A stretch of 64,000 nucleotides of DNA from Gemmatimonadota bacterium (GCA_039592335.1 JBDHBX010000001.1:69294-133293), one strand, 5' to 3'; counted from the stretch's first letter, positions 54,165-63,676 are shown. Notes: generated from the sequence alone by a model not told the origin. Translations and numbers: made by a program.

Positions 54165-55214
54165 TTGCCGGAGCTCATCGAGGTCCGGTTCAAGGGGAAC
54201 CGGAAGGCCTACTACAGCTGGGAGCGCGACAACGTGCCCGGCGTCGGCGACGCGGTGGTCGTCGAGGCGGAGCGCGGGCAGGACCTGGGCCGCGTGTCGG
54301 CCGCGGGGGACCTCGCCGAGCGAAAGTGCGCCGTGGCGTGCAATGGGTGCTCGCTCGGGGAGATGATCGAAGCTTCCGGCAAGATCGTGCGCGTGGCCTC
54401 GACGGAGGACGCCCACGTCAGCGATCAACTGCGCGTCGCCGAGGAAGACGTGCGCCGTAAGGTGATGGAGCGGGTCAAGGCACACCAGCTCTCCATGAAG
54501 GTGTCCGACGCCGAGTGGCAGTGGGACCGCAAGAAGCTCACGGTCTACTTCACGGCCGAGAAGCGCGTGGACTTCCGGGCGCTGGTGCGGGACTTGGCGA
54601 GCCTGTTCCGCGCGCGCATCGAGCTGCGGCAGATCGGCGCGCGGGACGAGTCGAAGCGCCTCGACGGTGTAGGCCGCTGTGGGCGCCAGTACTGCTGCTC
54701 CTCCTGGCTGCCCGAGCTGCTACCGGTGAGCCTCTCGCTCGCCAAGGACCAGCGGCTCTCCCTCAATCCCACGCAGATCTCCGGTGGCTGCGGCCGTCTG
54801 CTCTGCTGTCTGCGCTACGAGCACGAGTTCTACGTCGCCTCGCGCAAGCGCTTCCCCAAGCAGGGGCGGGTGCTGCGCACCGCGCGCGGCTCGGAGAGGG
54901 TGGACGCCATCGATATCTTCCGTGAGCGCGTGCTTCTCAAGGCGGAGGACAGCACGACCCGCGTCGTCACGCTGGTGGAGCTGAAGCAGGAGGTGGGGGG
55001 ACCCGATCTCGCGCCGCCGACGGCGGTACCCGAGCAGCCGGAGGCCGAGAAGAAGCCGGAGCGCGAGGCAGACCCCAGGCTCACCACCCAGGACGCCGTC
55101 GAGGCGGTGACGCCGAAGCGGCGGCGGCGGCGCGGCCGCAAGAAGCGGCGACAGGGGAGGGACCGGCCGGGCGGGGGCGACCGTCCCGGCGCCGGAGACG
55201 ACGGTGACGGCTAA
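54165..55214 (+). CDS. PSP1 domain protein (YaaT/RicT-like) with Arg/Lys-rich tail
   Basis: TTG at 54165. KLTVYFTAEKRVDFRALVRDLASLFRARIELRQIG and GRCGRQYCCSSWL...GGCGRLLCCLRYEH. Tail KRRRRRGRKKRRQGRDRPGGGDRPG. Confidence 0.85.
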   Translation: MPELIEVRFKGNRKAYYSWERDNVPGVGDAVVVEAERGQDLGRVSAAGDLAERKCAVACNGCSLGEMIEASGKIVRVASTEDAHVSDQLRVAEEDVRRKVMERVKAHQLSMKVSDAEWQWDRKKLTVYFTAEKRVDFRALVRDLASLFRARIELRQIGARDESKRLDGVGRCGRQYCCSSWLPELLPVSLSLAKDQRLSLNPTQISGGCGRLLCCLRYEHEFYVASRKRFPKQGRVLRTARGSERVDAIDIFRERVLLKAEDSTTRVVTLVELKQEVGGPDLAPPTAVPEQPEAEKKPEREADPRLTTQDAVEAVTPKRRRRRGRKKRRQGRDRPGGGDRPGAGDDGDG

Positions 55215-56733
55215 GTACTACATCACGACTGCCATCGACTACTCGAACGGCGAGCCGCACTTGGGGCACGCCTACGAGAAGATCGGCGCCGACTGCGTGG
55301 CCCGGTACCGCCGGTTGCGCGGTGACGAGGTCTACTTCTCGATCGGCATGGACGAGCACGGGCAGAAGGTGGCCCAGGCGGCCGAGGCCGCCGGCGCCGA
55401 TCCCCAGGCCTGGGTGGACGGGATCGCCTCCCAGTTCGAGGCGGCCTGGACGGAGCTCGCCATCAGCCACGACGACTTCATTCGCACCACCGAGCCGCGC
55501 CACGAGCGCGCCGTGGCGGAGCTATTCCGCCGGGTCCAGGCGGGTGGCTACATCTCGGAGGGCATGTACGAGGGCTACTACTGCGTAGGCTGTGAGGCCT
55601 TCAAGTCGGAGAAGGACCTCGAGGACGGGCAGTGTCCCCTGCATCCCACCCGTGAGATCAAGTGGGTCGAGGAGCCGAACTACTTCTTCGAGGTCGGGAG
55701 GTTCCGCCGCCAGCTGCTCGACCTGTACGACGCGGATCCGCAGTTCGTACAACCGAAGCCGAAGTACAACGAGGTGCGCAACGTGGTCGAGGGATGGACC
55801 GAGGACCAGAAGCTGTCGGTGAGCCGCGCGCGGGTGCCGTGGGGCATTCCCTGGCCCGACGACCCGGAGCACGTGGTCTACGTCTGGTTCGAGGCGCTCA
55901 TCAACTACCTCTCGGCGGCGGGCTTCCCCGAGGCGGGATACGACGCGACCTGGCCCGCGGACGTGCACGTGATCGGCCCCGACATCGTGCGGTTCCACGC
56001 GGCCTGGTGGCCCGCCATGCTCATGGCCGCGGGGGTCGAGGTGCCTCGCAAGGTGTGGTGCCACGGCTGGGTGAACACGGGCGGCGCGCGATTCTCCAAG
56101 TCTGCCGGCGTGGCCGTCACCCTGCGCAACCTGATCGACCGGCACGGACCGGACGCGCTGCGTTACTTCGTGCTGCGGGAGATCCCCTGGCACGCCGACG
56201 GCAACTTCACCTGGGACCGGTTCGACGCTCGCTACACGGCCGACCTCGCCGACGGCTACGGCAACCTGGTGAGCCGCGTGCTGGCGATGATCCGCCGCTA
56301 TACCAACGGAGTCGTGCCCGACGACGTCGGCCCGACGCCGCTCGATACGGCCGGCGACGAGCTGATCGCCGCGTACCGCGAGGTCATGGATGGGCACCTG
56401 CTGCACGAGGGAGCCGAGCGGACGTGGGGCCTGGTGGCCCGGGCCAACGGGTTCGTGGAGGAGCGGGCGCCCTGGAGCCTCGCCAAGGAGGGCAAGGCGG
56501 CCGAGCTACAGGAGACATTGGCGGCGCTGGCGCGCGTTGTAGCACGCATCACACTGATGGCAAGCCCCTATATGCCGGGCAAGACGCAGGCGGTATGGCA
56601 GGCCGTGGGGATGCCGGGCGAGGTGACGTCGGCCTCGTGGGATCTGCTCGAGCACCCCCCCACTGGAGGGGCGCAAACCGAGGAGCTCCCTCCCCTCTTT
56701 CCCAAGGAACGGAAAGAGGTCGTAACTAACTGA
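55204..56733 (+). CDS. metG: Methionyl-tRNA synthetase
   Basis: YYITTAIDYSNGEPHLGHAYE (HIGH). ARFSKSAG (KMSKS). Zn knuckle CVGCEAF...CPLH. Confidence 0.95.
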   Translation: MTAKYYITTAIDYSNGEPHLGHAYEKIGADCVARYRRLRGDEVYFSIGMDEHGQKVAQAAEAAGADPQAWVDGIASQFEAAWTELAISHDDFIRTTEPRHERAVAELFRRVQAGGYISEGMYEGYYCVGCEAFKSEKDLEDGQCPLHPTREIKWVEEPNYFFEVGRFRRQLLDLYDADPQFVQPKPKYNEVRNVVEGWTEDQKLSVSRARVPWGIPWPDDPEHVVYVWFEALINYLSAAGFPEAGYDATWPADVHVIGPDIVRFHAAWWPAMLMAAGVEVPRKVWCHGWVNTGGARFSKSAGVAVTLRNLIDRHGPDALRYFVLREIPWHADGNFTWDRFDARYTADLADGYGNLVSRVLAMIRRYTNGVVPDDVGPTPLDTAGDELIAAYREVMDGHLLHEGAERTWGLVARANGFVEERAPWSLAKEGKAAELQETLAALARVVARITLMASPYMPGKTQAVWQAVGMPGEVTSASWDLLEHPPTGGAQTEELPPLFPKERKEVVTN

Positions 56734-56765
56734 AACACAAAGACTTAGACCGTTACAGGAAATGG

Positions 56766-56795
56766 TTGACAGGCCCTGTACCAGCGGTCTATTAT
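56766..56795 (+). promoter_or_regulatory. Near-consensus sigma70 promoter upstream of the M23 peptidase gene
   Basis: TTGACA-N18-TATTAT in a locally AT-rich 158-nt spacer. It leaves a 5' UTR of about 90 nt. Confidence 0.45.
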
Positions 56796-56891
56796 CATCC
56801 GGCCGACTGTGACATTGGGCACTGTAATCGCTCGGCGCTGCGGAGAAATTCCCGGTTGAGGGACTGTTTGTCCTAGCGGGGGGCTGGGTAC

Positions 56892-57821
56892 ATGGCAGAT
56901 CGGCGATGGACAATTGTGCTGGTGCCACACGGAGACGGGTCGTCCCGCTCCGTGCAGGTATCGCTACGGGGGTTCAGGATCCTGGTGGGGGTCCTCGCCG
57001 TGCTGGGCGTGTCGGCCGTGGCGTTTGGCTACGTGACGATCACCAAGGCGATCAACCTCACCCGGCTGGACCGTCTCGAGCGCCGTAACGAGCTGCTCAC
57101 CCGGGAGCTCGACCAGGCTCAGACCCTCGTCGCCACCCTGGGAGACACCATCTCCTCGATCGCCGAGCGGGACGAGCTGGTGCGCCTGCTCGCCGGACTG
57201 GATCCCACCGACCCCGCCGTGCAGCTAGCCGGCATCGGTGGTCCCACCGGTCCGTGGACCGAGCGGGAGCAGATCCTCTCCGAGGGCGCCGAGGGCCGGC
57301 TGGCACTCGACATGCGCTCGGAGCTGGACAACCTGATCCGCCGCGCCAACCTGCTGGCCAACTCCTACGGCGACGCGGTGGACAGCCTCCAATCGCACCG
57401 CGATCAGACTCAGCGCACGCCTTCGATCTGGCCCACCAAGGGATGGCTCACGAGCAACTTCGCCACGTCGCGGATGCACCCCATCTTCCACGAGGCCCGG
57501 CCGCATGAGGGCATCGACGTGTCGGCGGCAGAAGGCACGCCCATCTTCGCGCCCGCCGCGGGCCGCGTGGTGAACGTCCGGACCATGACCGGCTACGGCC
57601 GCACGGTCACGATCGACCACGGCTACGGGGTCCAGACGTTCTATGCCCATGCGTCGAAGGTCCTGATCCGCGTGGGCCAGTTTGTGAACCGGAACGACAA
57701 GATCGCCGAGGTGGGAAGCACGGGGATCGCCACGGGGCCGCACCTGCACTACGAGGTGATCATCAACGGCCGCCCGGTGGACCCGCGGAACTTCATCCTG
57801 CCGGCCAAGGTCGTCGATTAA
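56892..57821 (+). CDS. M23-family (LytM-type) peptidoglycan endopeptidase with N-terminal TM and coiled coil
   Basis: HEGIDVSAAEGTPIFAPAAGRV...DHGYG..T.YAH...GSTG.ATGPHLHYEV. Confidence 0.9.
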   Translation: MADRRWTIVLVPHGDGSSRSVQVSLRGFRILVGVLAVLGVSAVAFGYVTITKAINLTRLDRLERRNELLTRELDQAQTLVATLGDTISSIAERDELVRLLAGLDPTDPAVQLAGIGGPTGPWTEREQILSEGAEGRLALDMRSELDNLIRRANLLANSYGDAVDSLQSHRDQTQRTPSIWPTKGWLTSNFATSRMHPIFHEARPHEGIDVSAAEGTPIFAPAAGRVVNVRTMTGYGRTVTIDHGYGVQTFYAHASKVLIRVGQFVNRNDKIAEVGSTGIATGPHLHYEVIINGRPVDPRNFILPAKVVD

Positions 57822-57834
57822 CACGAGGCATCCG

Positions 57835-58605
57835 TTGGTGGTGATATCCCGGCGCCGGGCACTGCTCGCCGCCGGGTTTTTACTGGCCGTCGCCGCCTGC
57901 AGCCGTGACGAGTCCCCCGTGATCGTGCGCGCGCGGCTGCACGAGCAGCCCGTCACCGGGATCACGGTGCGCGTGTACCCCTTCGACCCGGACCGGATCC
58001 TGGACTCCCTGGCCGCGCTCGCGTCGGTACCGCGGCCGCAGTTCCCCGAGCTCGAGCAGGAGCTGGCCGCGTACGAGCCGGCCAACGACACCCGCCTCCA
58101 GGAAGCGAGCCGCCCGTGGCTCGCGCTGCGGGACACCGTCGCCGCCTTGTCCGACTCGCTCAACGGCATGGACCGACGCTCGCCCGCCTACGCCACCATG
58201 TACGAGCGATTCCGCCAGCTCTATCAGCGGCTGGCCCAGCGGGCGGCGGAGCGGGATGCCGCCCTGCGGACGGTGAACGGGGACCACGTGGATCTGGCGC
58301 GTCGGGCCCAGGCAGCGGCCGAGTCGCTGCGCGTGTGGGAGCACGAGGCCTACGCCGCGTACGCAGAGGCAGCTCAGACGGCGCTGCAGTACTCGGGGCA
58401 CACCGTATACGATCCGTCCACGGACGAGGAGGGCGCATTGGAGCTCGAGCTGCCACGGGGGGACTGGTGGCTGATCGCGCGCTGGACCGACCCGCACAAT
58501 CCCTTTCAGGAGTACTACTGGAACGTGCCGCTGCGGAACTCGGGCTGGCTCCCGATGTGGGTCCCCCTCATGGACGGGAACTCCCGCCGCCGCTGGCGCC
58601 ATTAA
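57835..58605 (+). CDS. Putative lipoprotein, unknown function
   Basis: Lipobox LLAVAAC. The central segment is helical. Confidence 0.5.
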   Translation: MVVISRRRALLAAGFLLAVAACSRDESPVIVRARLHEQPVTGITVRVYPFDPDRILDSLAALASVPRPQFPELEQELAAYEPANDTRLQEASRPWLALRDTVAALSDSLNGMDRRSPAYATMYERFRQLYQRLAQRAAERDAALRTVNGDHVDLARRAQAAAESLRVWEHEAYAAYAEAAQTALQYSGHTVYDPSTDEEGALELELPRGDWWLIARWTDPHNPFQEYYWNVPLRNSGWLPMWVPLMDGNSRRRWRH

Positions 58606-58658
58606 CCTAAAGGCGCTAGCCTTCGCCGCTGGCGACAATCTCGATCAAGCGAGGACCG

Positions 58659-59351
58659 GTGCGGACCAGAATGGCCGTTGGACTCACCCTGACCGTGGCC
58701 GCTGTGGCGTTGGCGGCCGGCTGGACCCTGCGCGGCACGAAGGGAACCGGCGACTCGGCCCCGGCAGCGACGAGCGAAGAGCCGGTCCTCAGCCAGGAAA
58801 CGGCGATGCTCGACCGCCGCACGAAGGGCGACCCGGACGCCCCCGTGACGGTGTTCGAGGTGAGCGACTTCCAGTGCCCGTATTGCCGCCAGTTCTGGGC
58901 GGAGGCACTTCCCCCCCTGGAGCGCGAGTACATCGCGACCGGGAAGGTCAAGCTGGTCTTCCTGAACCTCCCCCTCACGTCGATCCACCCCAATGCGGCC
59001 GCCGCGCACGAGTTCGCCATGTGCGCCACCAAGCAGGACCAGTTCTGGCCGGTGCACGACCTGCTGTTCCGCTATCAGGACGCGTGGGCGCGCCTCGCCG
59101 ACCCCGCACGGTATTTCCTCGCGTTGGCCGACTCGGCGGAACTGGACCGCGACGTCCTCGTGCGCTGCTTCAACACCGGCGAGGTACGCTGGCTGGTCCA
59201 GCAGGAGGCCCAGATGAACATGCGGGCGGGGCTGAGCAGCACGCCCACGTTCATCGTGGGCGAGACCGTCCTGCCGGGGTATGCGCCCTTCGAGGAGTGG
59301 CGCCCCATCCTGGATACGGCGTTCGCACGCAAAACGCGCGCGGAGCCCTAG
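58659..59351 (+). CDS. DsbA-family thiol:disulfide oxidoreductase
   Basis: Signal/TM segment, then VTVFEVSDFQCPYCRQFW (CPYC active site). TPTFIV. Confidence 0.8.
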   Translation: MRTRMAVGLTLTVAAVALAAGWTLRGTKGTGDSAPAATSEEPVLSQETAMLDRRTKGDPDAPVTVFEVSDFQCPYCRQFWAEALPPLEREYIATGKVKLVFLNLPLTSIHPNAAAAHEFAMCATKQDQFWPVHDLLFRYQDAWARLADPARYFLALADSAELDRDVLVRCFNTGEVRWLVQQEAQMNMRAGLSSTPTFIVGETVLPGYAPFEEWRPILDTAFARKTRAEP

Positions 59352-60088
59352 CTCGAGAAGAGGGCGAGCCCCACGTCGTACAGCGCGTGGGTCCAGGCCG
59401 CGACGCCGAAGCCGCGCGCCACGTACAGTCCACTGAGCAACAATCCCGCGATGGTGCGGAAGGTGAACGTCGGGGCGGTGAGCGGGTCACCGTACGGTCC
59501 GATGTAGTGGAAGCCGCTGAAGATGAGAGCGCTCAGCACCACCGCCGCCGTCACCGCCACCCAGGCACGCCACTTCATGCGCTTGAACACCCAGAGCAGC
59601 CCGGAGACGAGCAGGACGCGGAACAGCAGCTCCTCGTAGATACCGGCCCCCAGTGAGACGACGAGCTGCGTACCCAGCGGCAGCACCCCCAGCGGCTCCT
59701 GGGTCACCACCGCGAGCGGTACTCCACGCAACAGCGTCGCCGTGAGCACGGCCGTGACCTGCCCGAACACGGCCGCATACACAATGCTCTCACCCAACAT
59801 CCCCAGGAACACCTGCGAGTCGAGCTTGCCGCCCCGCGCACGCTGATCGCGCCACACGAGCCACGCCCCCACACCGAGCAGGATCACGCCGAACAACGCC
59901 AGACCCGCGCGCCCACCCAGACCCACGAACAGACTCTTGAGCAACACATCCGCCCCGTTGCGCACGCCGGCGAACGCGGACTGGGACAGCAGCGCCGAGA
60001 GCCCCTCGTAGAGCACGAGGAGCGGGAACGCGAACAGCAAGCTGTAGCGCAGCTCCCGGGGCGCTCGGAAATACTCCCGTGGCGTCAT
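59348..60088 (-). CDS. CPBP-family intramembrane glutamic endopeptidase (CAAX protease-like)
   Basis: GIYEELLFRVLL (EExxxR), FSGFHY, HALYD. Polytopic. Confidence 0.8.
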   Translation of the reverse strand: MTPREYFRAPRELRYSLLFAFPLLVLYEGLSALLSQSAFAGVRNGADVLLKSLFVGLGGRAGLALFGVILLGVGAWLVWRDQRARGGKLDSQVFLGMLGESIVYAAVFGQVTAVLTATLLRGVPLAVVTQEPLGVLPLGTQLVVSLGAGIYEELLFRVLLVSGLLWVFKRMKWRAWVAVTAAVVLSALIFSGFHYIGPYGDPLTAPTFTFRTIAGLLLSGLYVARGFGVAAWTHALYDVGLALFSS

Positions 60089-60114
60089 GGTGGTGAAGCT
60101 ATCACATTGGCCCC

Positions 60115-61479
60115 ATGCAGCAGAGCGTATACCGCTGGGCGGCCAAGGCCGTGCACCGTCTCCCCCTCGGCAACGGGAAGCTGGGGCGCAGCCTCGCCGG
60201 CCGTCGCGGGGCGGCGGAGCGGTGGATCGCCTGGGCGGCCCGCCACCGCACCACGGCTCCCCTCATCTGGATCCACGCGGCCTCGGTGGGTGAGGCGCTC
60301 ACAGCCCAGCCCGTGGTGGCGCGGCTCCGCTCGCTCCTGCGCGACGTGCAGGTGATCCACAGCTATACCTCCCCCTCGGTCGAGCAGTGGCCCGCACCGT
60401 TCGAGGCCGAGGCCGCCAACTACGCCCCGCTGGACGAGCCGGTACCCGTCGCGCAGGTGCTGGAGGCGCTCAGCCCCTCGCTGCTCGTGTTCAGTCGCGG
60501 CGACCTGTGGCCCGAGCTGGTACTGACGGCCCAGGCGCAGGACGTGCCCGTGGCGGTCCTGGGCGCCGGTGTGCGCCCACAGAGCCGCCGCCGCCACCCG
60601 CTCCTTCGACCACTCTACGCCGCCATCCACGAGCCGGTTTCGTGGCTCGGAGCGGTATCGGAGGCCGACGCCGCACGCTGGACCGAGCTGGGTGTGGCGC
60701 GGGACGCGGTAGAGGTGACCGGTGATCCGCGTCACGACCAGGTGCTGGAGCGCGTATCCCATGTGCAGACGTTGGGCAGCCTGCTTCCGTGGACGGAGGG
60801 CGCACCGACCCTGGTGGCCGGGAGCGCCGAGCCGGCCGACGTACCCCCCCTCCTCGAGGCGACCCAAGCCGTGCTCGCGGAGCACCCCTCTGCCAAGCTC
60901 CTACTGGTACCGCATGCGCCCCACGAGAGCCTCGTGAGGCGACTGCGCGCGCGCTGCGGCCGCACCGGGCTCGACGTCACGGCATGGCCCGAGACCGACC
61001 CCGAGGGGCAGACGTCCGTCGTCGTGGTGACGGCGCGCGGCCTGCTGCACGACCTCTACGCCCTCGGTGACGCGGCATACGTTGGCGGGGGGTTCCGGAC
61101 CGGGCGGCTGCACGCCGTGATCGAGCCGGCGGCCTATGGGCTTCCCGTGCTCGTGGGGCCCGCGTGGCAGGGTGCCTCCGACGTGGTCTCGCTCGTGGCG
61201 TCGGGCGGGGTGGTTCCCCTGCCCTCGCGTGACGCGCCCCGGGCGCTGGCCCAGGTATGGCTACGCTGGCTCGCGAACGAAGAGGAGCGACGGCGTGCGG
61301 GGCTCGCCGCTCGCGGCGCCCTGCACGAAGGGGCCGCCGTGAAGACGGTCTGCGCGCTGCTGAGGCTGTTGGGAATGGTGAACAGCGAGGTCGCGGCCGA
61401 TCAGCACGAAGTGGGTCGGGTGCCGTGCGGCGCCGGGCACCCCCATCCACCGGCGGTGCCGTCTACGGCTCGACGATGA
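60115..61479 (+). CDS. waaA: 3-deoxy-D-manno-octulosonic acid (Kdo) transferase
   Basis: LIWIHAASVGEALTAQPVV is the N-terminal signature. GT-B C-terminal half: GGGFRTGRLHAVIEPAAYGLPVLVGP. Confidence 0.85.
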   Translation: MQQSVYRWAAKAVHRLPLGNGKLGRSLAGRRGAAERWIAWAARHRTTAPLIWIHAASVGEALTAQPVVARLRSLLRDVQVIHSYTSPSVEQWPAPFEAEAANYAPLDEPVPVAQVLEALSPSLLVFSRGDLWPELVLTAQAQDVPVAVLGAGVRPQSRRRHPLLRPLYAAIHEPVSWLGAVSEADAARWTELGVARDAVEVTGDPRHDQVLERVSHVQTLGSLLPWTEGAPTLVAGSAEPADVPPLLEATQAVLAEHPSAKLLLVPHAPHESLVRRLRARCGRTGLDVTAWPETDPEGQTSVVVVTARGLLHDLYALGDAAYVGGGFRTGRLHAVIEPAAYGLPVLVGPAWQGASDVVSLVASGGVVPLPSRDAPRALAQVWLRWLANEEERRRAGLAARGALHEGAAVKTVCALLRLLGMVNSEVAADQHEVGRVPCGAGHPHPPAVPSTARR

Positions 61480-61837
61480 CCCCCTCGAAGGTCACCGAAC
61501 GGGGGACGATGAGGCCCAGTGTGAGAATCGAGATGAGCACGTCCTTGAACTTGCTGCGCACCTTGATCTCGAGATCGGCAACCTGCTGTACGCCGCGCGC
61601 CTGGGACGCGATCACACCTTCCAGGGAGGCGTGTGAGACCGGCACCATGCCCCAAAAGGCGAACACCGAGGTCTTGGTCACGGAGAACGGCTCGCCGTCG
61701 GCTGGCGCCGAGCCAGGCGAGGCCATCGTGGTCTCCACGCCCGTGACCGTCGCATCGAAGGTCTGCGCGCACCCCCCGGTCACGAGCACCGCCACCACGA
61801 TTGCGGGCGAGAGCAGTCTGACAATACCCCGGTTCAC
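61463..61837 (-). CDS. Bor/Iss-like outer-membrane lipoprotein (tentative)
   Basis: Lipobox VLVTGGC. The C-terminus VLISILTLGLIVPRSVTFEG resembles the Bor FITLGIYTPLEARVYC region. 124 aa. Confidence 0.45.
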   Translation of the reverse strand: MNRGIVRLLSPAIVVAVLVTGGCAQTFDATVTGVETTMASPGSAPADGEPFSVTKTSVFAFWGMVPVSHASLEGVIASQARGVQQVADLEIKVRSKFKDVLISILTLGLIVPRSVTFEGVIVEP

Positions 61838-61876
61838 GGGCTAGTAGTTTACACAGGAGAAGCCAAACAGGAAGGC

Positions 61877-62650
61877 CTACCGGCCGAACACGCCATCCGG
61901 TATCCCCAGGCTCGGTACCCGGAGCTTCCAGAGAATCCCGCCCCCCAACAGGAAGGGTGACGCGCGCTCCGCCGCACCGTCATACGGCTTGATCGTCATC
62001 CAGTCGAGCGCACCCCACACCCCGAGCCCGCTGGGCAGCCCGAGGGTGATCCCGCCCGACAGCCCGAACCCCACCTGGGTGCCGAAGTCGTCCTGGGTGA
62101 GGCCGCCGCTCAGCAGGGGTGACCCCGCACCGACAGTGGTGTTGCGCACGTGCGCCCGCACGCCGAGCCAGGGCTCGACGCTCACCGACGGCGCCGGCGC
62201 GTTGAGCGCGACGCCGATGCCTACGGGGAAGTCGAGGTACTTGGTCTCGATGTCGCTGAAATTCACGTAGCCCGCCCCCCCCTGCAGGTTGAGCACGACG
62301 AAGCTCATGGGCGAGCGGAACAGGGTGAGCGCCACGTTCCCGCCGAACGAGACGGCGCCCTTGAAGCTGATCGAGTCGGGGGCGTTGGGCTCCACGTAGG
62401 CCGCCCCGCCCATGAAATGCACCAGCGGCGTCCCCACGTACAGGTGCCCGCCGGCCGCCCACGGCGTATCGCCCGGGACCAGCTCCGCATCATCGCTCAG
62501 ACCCACACCGATGTCGCCGTACACCGCCACCCCGGTGCCGAAGTTGGGAGAGAAGAACACCGGTACGTTGTAGATCTGTGCCGACGCCACACCCGCGCCG
62601 GGTCCGACGGCCAACGTCACGAGGGCGATGCCACACAGGATTCGCTTCAT
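61877..62650 (-). CDS. Outer-membrane beta-barrel protein, tandem paralogue 1
   Basis: AGGAG RBS. Signal MKRILCGIALVTLAVGPGAGVASAQ. Alternating Gly/aromatic beta pattern. About 50 percent identical by eye to 62793..63521. Confidence 0.6.
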   Translation of the reverse strand: MKRILCGIALVTLAVGPGAGVASAQIYNVPVFFSPNFGTGVAVYGDIGVGLSDDAELVPGDTPWAAGGHLYVGTPLVHFMGGAAYVEPNAPDSISFKGAVSFGGNVALTLFRSPMSFVVLNLQGGAGYVNFSDIETKYLDFPVGIGVALNAPAPSVSVEPWLGVRAHVRNTTVGAGSPLLSGGLTQDDFGTQVGFGLSGGITLGLPSGLGVWGALDWMTIKPYDGAAERASPFLLGGGILWKLRVPSLGIPDGVFGR

Positions 62651-62718
62651 GAGACGCTCCTGACTCGTTCACACGCTCCAACGATAAGGTGTCACTCCGG
62701 AGGGCCGGAACGCAAAGC

Positions 62719-62738
62719 GGGGCGCCCGCAGGCGCCCC
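62719..62738 (-). terminator. Hairpin after paralogue 2
   Basis: GGGGCGCC-TGCG-GGCGCCCC followed by GCTTTGCGTT on the minus strand. Confidence 0.4.
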
Positions 62739-62792
62739 GCCAAACGGTGCGACGGCACTGCCGCCCCACCGTCGTTCCACCATACCGTACGA

Positions 62793-63521
62793 TCAGCCGC
62801 CGATGATCCCGCCGGGGATCCCGAGGCTGGGCACGGAGAACTTCCAGGACAGGCCCGCGCCCAATCGCATCGGCGAGATGCTCTCGGTAGAAGTTCCAGG
62901 CTTTACGGTGAGCCAGTCGATCGCGGCCCACGCGCCGATCCCAAGCAGCAGGTTGGCATTCACGCCGCCGGAGACGCCAAAGCCAATGTCGGTATCGGAC
63001 GTGCCGCTCACGGACGTGCTGAAGATCTGTACCCGCGGCGCGATCCAGGGCTCGACGAACGCGCCCACCACCGGCGGGTTGAGGGCCAGGCCCACACCGA
63101 TCGGGAAGTTCCACTGCTTGGCCGCGGTCGCGCCGTCCCCGAACTTCACGTAGCCGGCGCCCGCCTGCACGTTCACCACCACGATGCTGGCCGGTGTGCG
63201 GAACAGGGTCAGACCGACGTTCCCGCCGAAGCTCAGTTCCTTGTCCGCTCCGGTCACCTTGGTGTCAACGTACGAGGCGCCACCCATGATCTGGAACTTG
63301 GACAGGCCGAGGATGACGTGCCCGCCGTACGCTATTGGGGCGTCGGTGTCGAGCTTGGCATCGTCGTTCAGGCCCATGCCGAAGTCGCCGTACACTCCCA
63401 CGCCCGTGCCGAACGCCGGCGAGAAGTAGACCGGCATGTTGTACAGCTGTGCCGATGCCGTGTTGGCGGCGAGGCTCGCCACCAACCCGACGAGTGCGAT
63501 ACTACCAAGAATCCGCTTCAT
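62793..63521 (-). CDS. Outer-membrane beta-barrel protein, tandem paralogue 2
   Basis: GGAGGGG-N3-ATG at 63521. Signal MKRILGSIALVGLVASLAANTASAQ. Shares YFSPxFGTGVxVYGD, FGGNVxLTLFR and the C-terminal VPSLGIP blocks with paralogue 1. Confidence 0.6.
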   Translation of the reverse strand: MKRILGSIALVGLVASLAANTASAQLYNMPVYFSPAFGTGVGVYGDFGMGLNDDAKLDTDAPIAYGGHVILGLSKFQIMGGASYVDTKVTGADKELSFGGNVGLTLFRTPASIVVVNVQAGAGYVKFGDGATAAKQWNFPIGVGLALNPPVVGAFVEPWIAPRVQIFSTSVSGTSDTDIGFGVSGGVNANLLLGIGAWAAIDWLTVKPGTSTESISPMRLGAGLSWKFSVPSLGIPGGIIGG

Positions 63522-63640
63522 AATCCCCTCCAGTACAGATTCGCAGCTTGTCTCTCCGAGACCCAAATGAGGGCATCGGACTCATCGTTCACGACCGCTA
63601 CCCTCGCGGTCGGATCGTTCACCCTCTGACCATCTACAAA

Positions 63641-63670
63641 CCCCGCGGGCCCCATTTGGGTCCCGCGGGG
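63641..63670 (-). terminator. Hairpin after paralogue 3
   Basis: CCCCGCGGG(ACCCAAATGGGG)CCCGCGGGG followed by TTTGTAG on the minus strand. Confidence 0.5.
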
Positions 63671-63676
63671 ACAACC

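Noticed and set aside
50799-54193. 656-aa and 718-aa ORFs antisense to dnaE/accA
   Set aside because: They are shadow ORFs opposite highly conserved genes.
56796-56891. Cyclic-di-AMP (ydaO-type) riboswitch in the leader of the M23 peptidase gene
   Set aside because: The leader is about 90 nt, shorter than the ydaO motif. I could not find its pseudo-symmetric conserved cores. I kept it only as an unexplained leader.
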